Source: Schizosaccharomyces osmophilus (taxonomy: Eukaryota). From it: a stretch of 64,000 nt of DNA. The translations under genes and the position numbers were made by a program. The DNA lies in contig NC_079238.1 of NCBI RefSeq assembly GCF_027921745.1, positions 2,790,001-2,854,000 of the forward strand, in the 5' to 3' direction. The notes under the pieces were generated by a model, which saw only the letters and a program-made list of their open reading frames with translations, did not search any database and was not told where the DNA came from. How positions within the stretch are numbered: the stretch's first letter is position 1; every line of letters begins with the position of its first letter. Below are positions 55,275 through 64,000 of this stretch, one piece after another.

Positions 55275-56444
55275 TCATCCATGTTGTATTGCTGCACTAT
55301 CTGAGTGCTCCAATATATAAATTAAAGTAGTCAAAGGCTTCACGACATTATTGAATTTTTCCATATTAAGTCCCTCGTATGCCAAGTAAAGCTGTTTCAT
55401 TTTGTCTAATAAAAGAGTATTTTTGGTTTTTTGTAAACTAGTAGAATCCGCAGATAACAGCGAACAAAAGAAAAATGTCCAGCTTATTAAATGAAGAATC
55501 TGACGATTCTTCTTTCTCGGAATAAAACCTCTTGCAAATGAATTAAGATGTTGAGTCGAACTATCCAATACATGACGAATATTCAGAGATATCCCTGCAC
55601 CTTTCATTATACAATATTGACTCAAAGAATAGCAAAGAGAAGAGTTTCCAAGTGACTGAAAAGCTCTCTGTTGCTTTTGTGGAGGAAAAGATTCAAAATG
55701 AGAATCGACTAGGCTCAGAAAATGATGGGACTTTGTCAATTGTACAACGACAGAAAGGCCTTTAGGAAGTGAAAGCCAAACCAAATGAAGAAGATGGGCC
55801 GCGTAATTCTCTAGCTTTTGAACAGTTTCATTTGATAGATGTGCCTTCCCAAAGGCCTTTTTATGAACAACTTCATCATCGTCTGAGAACGGAGACGCAT
55901 ATGGTCGCCGCTTTGGGAGGAAGCCAGTCAAAATGATTTCTACCGCATCACCCAATTCACAATAATCTTCGCCCAAATATTCTTTCATAATCAAGGAACT
56001 GTTAAAATTTGCATCAGAGTCTAAAGCAAGTATCCAAATTTCCATCAATAGAAGCCAACGGTTCAAATCCTCGGGAATCGAAAAGGTATATGCTACCAAA
56101 TCCCAAAAGTCAACATCTTTCATAAAAAGATTGTGGACTGAAAAAAGTGATAAGCTCTCATCACGAGGACTATCAAAGTCAGACAGTTCTGTTTCGAATG
56201 ACCAAGCAACTAAGTCATCTTTACAACCTTTTTTTAAGATTTGTAGAAGCACCCAATGACTAGTTTCTTGAAGATTCACGTGTGGGTATTCAGGATTAAC
56301 AAGAAGAGTTATGCATAACTGAATATAACAAGCTGGAACTCTCGTGGAAGACACCTGAACTAAATATTGTAACACTCCAAGAGCTTTTATTAAAAGATCT
56401 TCCTCTATACAAAGCTCCAATATCGCTTTCAAAGCATAATTCAT
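55275..56444 (-). CDS. nse5: Probable Smc5/6 complex subunit Nse5
   Basis: 389-aa helical ORF; assigned mainly from recalled synteny between apm3 and prf1. Confidence 0.65.
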   Translation of the reverse strand: MNYALKAILELCIEEDLLIKALGVLQYLVQVSSTRVPACYIQLCITLLVNPEYPHVNLQETSHWVLLQILKKGCKDDLVAWSFETELSDFDSPRDESLSLFSVHNLFMKDVDFWDLVAYTFSIPEDLNRWLLLMEIWILALDSDANFNSSLIMKEYLGEDYCELGDAVEIILTGFLPKRRPYASPFSDDDEVVHKKAFGKAHLSNETVQKLENYAAHLLHLVWLSLPKGLSVVVQLTKSHHFLSLVDSHFESFPPQKQQRAFQSLGNSSLCYSLSQYCIMKGAGISLNIRHVLDSSTQHLNSFARGFIPRKKNRQILHLISWTFFFCSLLSADSTSLQKTKNTLLLDKMKQLYLAYEGLNMEKFNNVVKPLTTLIYILEHSDSAAIQHG

Positions 56445-56789
56445 TTCGTTATGCTACTATAGACTGCAACGCACCACTTTGACTCAGCTGAACGGATTAG
56501 GAGTTATTTTTCAATGCCACGAACAGGATAATTCTTAAAAAAGTATCTTAACAGTAAATAAAAATAATAAACACAATATTTTTATGAAACTGAAATTTTG
56601 ATAGATTCTAGGTCACAGTCAAATCTCTCCTGAAACATGCAGTTGTTATAATTATGCATTGCTCTAAACAAGAACCAAAAAATCAATTCTTTACTGTAAC
56701 ATGCTTTAACAGGCGTATGCACGTGCACCTGAGTAGTTTTTGGTATGTTGTAGTAGACTGGTATGGTAGGTGACCTATCCTTCACCAAC

Positions 56790-58565
56790 ATGGCTGACTT
56801 TCAAGATGAATTGTTAGCATTAGCCGGTGTGGATGATGCAGATGTAGGGAATGACCGTAAAAGGTTGCACGATGAATTGTATGTTGCTTTAATTTGTTAA
56901 GAACACCCTCAATTGACACCTTTTTAGGGACGATGATTCGGATAGCAGCTCAGACGAAGAAAAAGGAGAAGAAAATGATAATAATTATAGAGAAACTTCA
57001 GAAAAAGACAAAGAAAGTCAATCTGAAGATGATTTTGAGGAAAAATATCAAAATCCATATATGCTTGAGGGCAAATTCAAAGACGAAGCGGATAGAGCAA
57101 GGTAAGCACATAAAAGATTGAATCTAAATTTCTAATTGGGTTTAGCATCATGGCCATGTCAGAAATTGAAAGAGAAAGTATACTCTTTGAACGTGAGGAA
57201 GAAATATCCAAATTAATGGAGAGACGAGAATTGGCCATTCGACTTCTTCAACAAAATAATCAATATGCTGCACAGACGACAAGAAGGTCTGCTCGAGATA
57301 GACCATTGACATCGACCGCAGCAGGTAAAAGAGACAAGTTAACAGAACTTAAGAAAAGAAGGCAGGAGCGGACTTACAAGCCAGACGAAGCAACAGTAAA
57401 ATCAAAGAAAGAAAACTTTAATTCAGATTATGAAGAGGAATCTGAAAGAAGCGAAGCAGATGCTTCTCCCTATTCTCCTGCTTCGGACTTGGAAGGAAAG
57501 GATGAAGTAAAGGTCGGTTTGCCCGAATTGAATAGTATTCGCATGGGTCGTAAGCATGTTGCTGAATATATGTATCATCCTACGTTTGAAACTACGATTA
57601 CTGGCTGCTTTATACGAGTAAAAATTGGTGAAAGAGACGGCCAAGGCGTATACAGATTATGTCAGGTCAGGGGAATTACTGAAGGACGAAAACCATATCG
57701 TGTTGAAGGTGTCCTCACAAAAACATATCTAGAATGCTTTCATGGAAAATCAAAAAGGGTGTTTGAGGCCAATGTTTTATCAAACGAGCCTTTTACCGAG
57801 TCGGATTTTCAACGTTGGTTTCATCAAATGAGCGAGGACAAGCTCAGTATGCCTTCGAGATCCTTTGTTGAAAGAAAACTTGATGATCTTAAGCAAATGA
57901 CACAATACTTATTAAACGAGAGAGAGGTATCTGACATTATTCGCAGAAAGAAAGAACTTTCAAGAGTTCCTTCCAACCTTGCTGCGGAAAAAACTCGTCT
58001 TCGTCAGCATCGCCAAGCTGCCATTGGTGCTAACAATACCGAGCTTGCGAAAGAGTTAGAAGAGCGATTGAATACACTACAAGAACTTTCTGTAGGAAAT
58101 ACAACTCAAACAAACTTTTCAGAAATGGATCAGCTTGCAAAGGTTAATGAGCGTAATCGCCGCCGTAACCAAGCTGAGGTTCGTTTAGCTGAAAAACGTA
58201 TGAATGAAGAACGGCGAAGATTAGCAACTCCCGCTACGAGTCTACCACCGTTAGCTGTTGCTGGAAACTCTAATAGCTCGACTCCTTCCATCCCTGCGTC
58301 TAGGATTTCAACGCCCCAGCCTGAGCAGAACTTTTCGTCCAATACTCATTCAGCGCCTCAATCTCAAACTGTTGCCTCTTTGGACAATACACCTAAATTA
58401 TCTCCTTCAGATTCTCATATATCGATCAATGAACCTGTCCCAGCTCCCGTTGACCACGAACCGGCCACCTTAGCTGAGAAGGAAGCCAGACTTCGTGAGA
58501 AGGCTGTTCATGGTATCGACGATTTAATTGCTACTGCTGATTTCGGCATTGATATTAACATATGA
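56790..58565 (+). CDS. prf1: Paf1C-associated Rtf1/Prf1 (Plus3 domain)
   Basis: MADFQDELLALAG start, NPYMLEGKFKDEADRA, MSEIERESILFER, Plus3 (GCFIRVKIG..YRLCQV); two 5' introns. Confidence 0.92.
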
Positions 58566-59042
58566 GCAATTTCAGTTGATATTGTAGCTTTCCACTGATT
58601 GTCAATTTCATGATGAACCTACTGTTTCTTGATCTATTCTCACGTTGAAATCCAAGAACTACACTAACTCATTTGTTTATCGTAATGTAATTATAACCAT
58701 AGTTTACAGTGCGCTTTTCTTGCAAAGGAGAAACCAAAAAATATCTAAACTACCGTATCGGAAGGTCCGTATCTGATGTTTATACGACAGTTTGGCTACA
58801 TTAGATAAAAGTTTAACAGTAATTTTTACGACTTAAAATACATTTTTGGAACACTTATTTTCAGTCCTTATACGCACTATAATTATATTGTCGGTAATAT
58901 TTCTGTAGGCTTTGTTAATATAATAATATCTTAACTAAAGAGCATACAAATTTGTTTTCTACCAACAACGTCTGGTGTTGCAATAAGCCATATTTTTGGC
59001 TTGCATCTTGTCAATTTGATCATTATAAATACTGTATGAGTT

Positions 59043-62000
59043 ATGAAGGATCCTATTGATAACCAGGTAAGCTCTTTGAAGCCATTGTTCAAATGGAGAA
59101 AACTAATTATAAAATAGGTGCCCAAAAAGATCAAGCATTTGCAGTTTGGCATTAGTGGGCCAAAGGAGTTTGTCAAAGATGCCACAGTTGAGGTTTTTAG
59201 CCGTGATTTATACACCATGACCGATAGGTCACCGGCTGAACATGGTGCCCTAGACTTGCATATGGGTACAAGCAATAAGACAATCAATTGTACCACATGT
59301 GGTGAGACAATGGCTGATTGTATGGGCCATTTCGGTTATGTGAAGCTTGCTTTACCTGTCTTTCATATTGGTTATTTCAAAGCAGCAATGACCATTTTAC
59401 AAAATATATGCAAAGATTGCTCAAGTGTTTTACTTACGGATCCTGAGAAGAGGCAATTTCTTAAGGAGCTTCGACGCCCTGGAATTGATAACTTAAAGCG
59501 ATCTCAAATTTGTAAGCGCATCAATGATCAATGTAAAAAAAGCCGTCGGTGTCCTGTATGCGATTCCATGCAAGGAGTTGTTAAAAAGGCTGGTCCTTTG
59601 AAAATAATTCATGAACGATTTCGTTATGCTAGAAAATCCCAAGATGATGAGGGTGAATTTCGCCATACCTTCGATGAAGCTATCAAGACCTTACCTGAAT
59701 TAAAAATGCATCTTTCTAAAGCTCACGATGATTTAAACCCTCTTAAAGTCTTAAATTTATTTAAGCAAATAAACCCAGTTGATTGTGAGCTTTTAGGCAT
59801 GGATCCAGAATTTGGTCGACCTGAAAACCTGTTATGGCAGTATGTCCCAGCACCTCCTATCTGTATTCGTCCTTCAGTTGCTCAAGAAGGAGCAACTACT
59901 GAAGACGATTTGACTGTAAAAATTACTGAAATTGTTTGGACTAGTTCTCTTATTCGTGCCGCTTTAAGCAAGGGCACCCCCGTCAGTAATTTAATGGAGC
60001 AATGGGAATTTATGCAACTGTCAATTGCGATGTATATTAACAGTGAAATGCCCGGCTTACGCCCTTCAGATATGCCTTCAAAACCGGTCCGTGGTTTATG
60101 CCAACGATTGAAAGGAAAGTCCGGACGCTTTCGTGGCAATTTATCGGGCAAGCGTGTTGATTTTTCTGGAAGAACTGTTATCAGCCCTGATCCTAACTTA
60201 CGAATCGATCAAGTTGCTGTTCCTTACCGCATCGCAAAAATCCTTACATTTCCTGAAAGGGTTACTAATCAAAACAAGCTATATTTACAGCAATGTATTA
60301 AAAATGGGCCGGATGTTCATCCTGGTGCTAATTACATTATTGATCGTGAAAGTGATTTGAAAAGATTTTTACGGTTTGGCAATAGAAATCGAATAGCTGA
60401 TGATTTAAAGATTGGTGATATCGTTGAACGACATTTAAATGACAACGATGTTATTTTATTCAATCGCCAGCCATCTTTACACAAACTTTCTATTATGGCT
60501 CATCTTGTAAAAGTACGTCCATGGAGAACTCTCAGATTCAATGAGTGCGTCTGTGGCCCATACAATGCCGATTTTGATGGTGATGAAATGAATCTTCACG
60601 TACCTCAAACTCAGGAAGCAAAGACTGAGGCTTTGGAATTGATGGGTGTCAAGAATAACCTAGTTAGTCCTCGTAACGGTGAGCCTATTATTGCAGCCAC
60701 TCAAGATTTCATTACAGCTTCTTATTTGCTATCTTTAAAAGATACCTTTTTGGATAGAAAGTCATTCGCTAACATCTGCTGTTACATGGTTGACGCTTCG
60801 ATGCATATCGATATGCCACCTCCGGCTATTTTGAAGCCCCGCTGTCTTTGGACAGGTAAACAAATATTTTCTGTCTTGATGAAGCCAAGCCGTTTCAGTC
60901 CTGTTCAAGTTAACCTAGACGCCAAAACTCGATCATTTAGTAGAATAAAATCCAATACTCCGGAAATGTGTCCAAAAGATGGATATCTAATGATTAGAAA
61001 TAGTGAAATTATAGCAGGTGTTGTGGATAAATCCGTGGTTGGTGATGGAAAGAAAAATTCTTTATTTTACGTTATTCTTCGAGATTATGGCTCGATGGAA
61101 GCTGCTGAAGCTATGACTAGACTATCAAAAATGTGTGCTAGGTTTATGGGTAATAGAGGCTTCTCTATAGGTATCAGTGATGTGCAACCAGGACAGAGTC
61201 TTTCTTCTCAAAAAAGAGATTTGGTTGAGAAATCTTATGCTACGTCGGATGATTTCATTATGCAATATGCGAAGGGCACTTTGGAAACCCAACCTGGTTT
61301 GGATCAAGAAGCAACTTTGGAAGCAAAAATTTCGTCTACTCTTTCAAAAGTTCGTGACGATGTTGGTGAAATATGTATGGATGAATTGGGACCAATGAAT
61401 TCACCTTTGATTATGGCTACTGCCGGCTCGAAAGGTTCGAAGATTAATGTTTCTCAAATGGTTGCTTGTGTCGGACAACAAATCATCAGTGGTAAACGTG
61501 TTCCAGATGGCTTTCAAGATAGATCACTTCCTCATTTTCACAAAAATTCAAAGCATCCTTTGGCTAAAGGATTTGTTAGTAACAGCTTTTATAGTGGTTT
61601 AACTCCAACTGAATTTTTGTTCCACGCAATTTCTGGTAGAGAAGGTTTGGTTGATACTGCTGTCAAGACTGCTGAGACTGGTTATATGTCTCGACGCTTG
61701 ATGAAGTCTCTCGAAGATCTCTCTTCTGCTTATGATGGTACTGTCCGAAGCTCCAACAGCGATATTGTTCAATTCTTATATGGTGACGATGGCTTGGATC
61801 CTACATATATGGAGGGTGATGGACAGGCAGTCGAATTTTCGCGTAGCTGGACTCATTCTGTTAATATTTCTGGAGACAAACGTGATCAACCCTTACTTCC
61901 TTACCAGGTTATTAATATTACAAATTCTTCTCTTTCGCATCAAAGATTTGCTCAAAATTGCATAGGAGATTTTATTCAAACAATTCGAAAATTTGTGACT

Positions 62001-63308
62001 GAGCGGATTGCAACCCAAATGGCTAAAGTTCGCGAAAATCGTGGTTTGTCCCCTATGCTTGAGGAACCTGATTTAGACGATATGGACGATTTTGAGACTG
62101 ATGATTTTGCACCGGTCGCTGCTAAAAAGTCCGTGGAAAACATTATCCGAGTCACTGAAAAACAACTAAACACATTCTTAGACTACTGTTGGGAAAAGTA
62201 CATGCGTGCTAAAGTCGAACCTGGCACAGCCGTGGGAGCTGTCGGGGCACAGTCTATTGGTGAACCTGGTACACAGATGACCCTGAAAACTTTCCATTTC
62301 GCTGGTGTTGCTGCCCAGACTACACTTGGTGTACCCCGTATTAAAGAAATTATAAATGCTGCGAAAGCCATTAGTACTCCTATTATCACTGGTCAATTGG
62401 TTAGTGCAGATGAACGCTCGGCGCGTGTTGTTAAGGGAAGAATTGAGAAAACATATCTTAAAGAAGTTACTACTTATATGGAAGAAGTTTATGGCCCTAT
62501 GTCTGCATATATTGCCATTCAAGTAAATTATACCACTATTTCCAAGCTCCAGTTGGACATTACCTTAGCCGACATAGCAGCTGCTATATGGAGCGATCGA
62601 AAGTTGAAGATTCCTTCTCAACAGGTTACCGTAAATAACACGCTTCAACAAATTCATGTTCATACTTCCTCTGAAGGTAAAAGTGGCGAGACTGAACTAT
62701 ATTATCGCTTGCAAAATTACAAACGTGCTCTTCCTGATGTGATTGTGGCTGGCGTTCCTGAAATTAATCGTTCAGTCATTAATCAAGAAGATGGGAGGAT
62801 TGAACTATTTATGGAGGGTTATGGTTTGCGTGAAGTAATGAATACTGAAGGTATAGTGGGTGATAAGACAACAACAAATCATGTTATGGAAATGAAAGCA
62901 GTTTTGGGTATTGAGGCAGCTCGTACTTCAATTATCTCAGAAATTGGTTATACAATGGCTAAGCATGGTCTTACTGTGGATCCTCGCCACATTATGTTAT
63001 TGGGTGATGTTATGACTTGCAAAGGTGAAGTTTTGGGAATTACAAGATTTGGTGTATCCAAAATGAAAGATAGTGTACTAGCTTTGGCTTCATTTGAAAA
63101 AACGACTGATCACTTGTTTGATGCCGCCGCTCGATTTGCTAAGGATTCAATTGAAGGAATTAGCGAGTGTGTTGTATTAGGGAAATTAGCACCGATTGGT
63201 ACAAATGTTTTCCAACTTATTAGAAGGACTGAAGAGGATGAGGAACAGAAGCAAAAGCGTCTTCTGTTTGATACGCCTTCCTTGCCTCAACTGAAAATGG
63301 CTGCTTAA
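59043..63308 (+). CDS. rpc1: RNA polymerase III largest subunit Rpc1
   Basis: YNADFDGDEMNLH active site, GHFG, RGNLSGKRVDFS, TQMTLKTFHFAG, no CTD; intron 59067-59117. Confidence 0.97.
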
Positions 63309-63632
63309 TTCCTTACCGCTGCATTGTATAATACGAAGGCATTTTAAGGCTTCTAAATATTTGGTTATTAGGGATTTTATATTGGTTTTTTTTTGATTTA
63401 ATAATGATACATAGTAACTTTAGACTCGTTAACATAAATATAAAATAAAAGGATTTCCGGTATTAATTAATACATTAAGAGCTAAGGTAATTTAAAACTC
63501 CAAAACCGTATTATCACGAGGCCAGACGAATAAACGGCCTATGTACTGTACTTTTTTTGTCTGTTGATTAGAATGAAGTTTAATGAACTCGTTAATAAGT
63601 TGAAAACGTCTGCTACATATTAACAGGCAAAA

Positions 63633-64000
63633 TTAAGCAGCGACGTAGTTCGAGTATTTTTCGATTAAATTAGTGCAATACAAAAGCTTTTGAAGGTTGC
63701 ATATCATGGTAACCTGTAGTTTTTCATTCAAATATGTGTCACTAGGGACTTCCATGGAATCCAAAAGTCGACAAGCATGCGAAATGGACGACAAATCCTG
63801 CGGTGAAAATTGCGAGGGATCCTCAAGGCGGTTTATCAAATGTAAAGCACACGACTGAAGCTTTTCAACAGTAAATCTTTGAGAACTTGTATTTATGGAG
63901 TTTTCGTTTTCTGTCGAGTCGAGTTGTGACAAAGTTTGCAAGGCGGAAAAATAACCCGATGGATATTCACTGATTTTAAAAGGAACGCGAACGCAATTTT
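63633..64000 (-). CDS. 3' part of an uncharacterised protein, truncated by the window edge
   Basis: Frame is open from the window end to TAA at 63633; no domain recognised. Confidence 0.55.
   Translation of the reverse strand, partial: NCVRVPFKISEYPSGYFSALQTLSQLDSTENENSINTSSQRFTVEKLQSCALHLINRLEDPSQFSPQDLSSISHACRLLDSMEVPSDTYLNEKLQVTMICNLQKLLYCTNLIEKYSNYVAA

Noticed and set aside
1..64000. Transposons, LTRs, CRISPR arrays or prokaryotic defence systems
   Set aside because: Eukaryotic housekeeping region; no RT/integrase/transposase ORFs, TG..CA LTR pairs or spaced repeat arrays seen

Overview
Gene-dense, intron-containing fission-yeast chromosomal arm. The genus is Schizosaccharomyces, but the proteins are clearly diverged from S. 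pombe, so it is probably from the S. octosporus/cryophilus/osmophilus group (inference). Gene order matches my recollection of S. pombe chromosome II: mis19-mmm1-eri1-tfb4-GidA/MTO1-kap109-sol1-[U14 locus]-adn1-sqs2-wsc1-PDI-dip2-slx8-apn2-dpb4-lsm1-gpi3-prs5-dgk1-mad1-rps25-trz2-but2-rtn1-apm3-nse5-prf1-rpc1. I find about 31 protein genes and one tRNA-Ile(AAT). The most notable structure is invisible in the ORF track. It is a minus-strand non-coding unit between sol1 and adn1 (~14.0-15.1 kb) with a TATA plus AACCCTAACCCT promoter and a spliceosomal intron hosting an snR190-like C/D snoRNA with a U9 stem-loop. Tandem Mmi1-type UNAAAC motifs and U14 follow downstream. It looks like the orthologue of the S. 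pombe mamRNA/snR107-U14 locus. Also found: a 52-aa micro-gene whose ATG is split by an intron, a forkhead/FLEX motif cluster, and a long inverted repeat in the but2-rtn1 intergenic region. No transposons or CRISPR arrays were seen. Gene names come from recalled sequence similarity and synteny, not from database searches.
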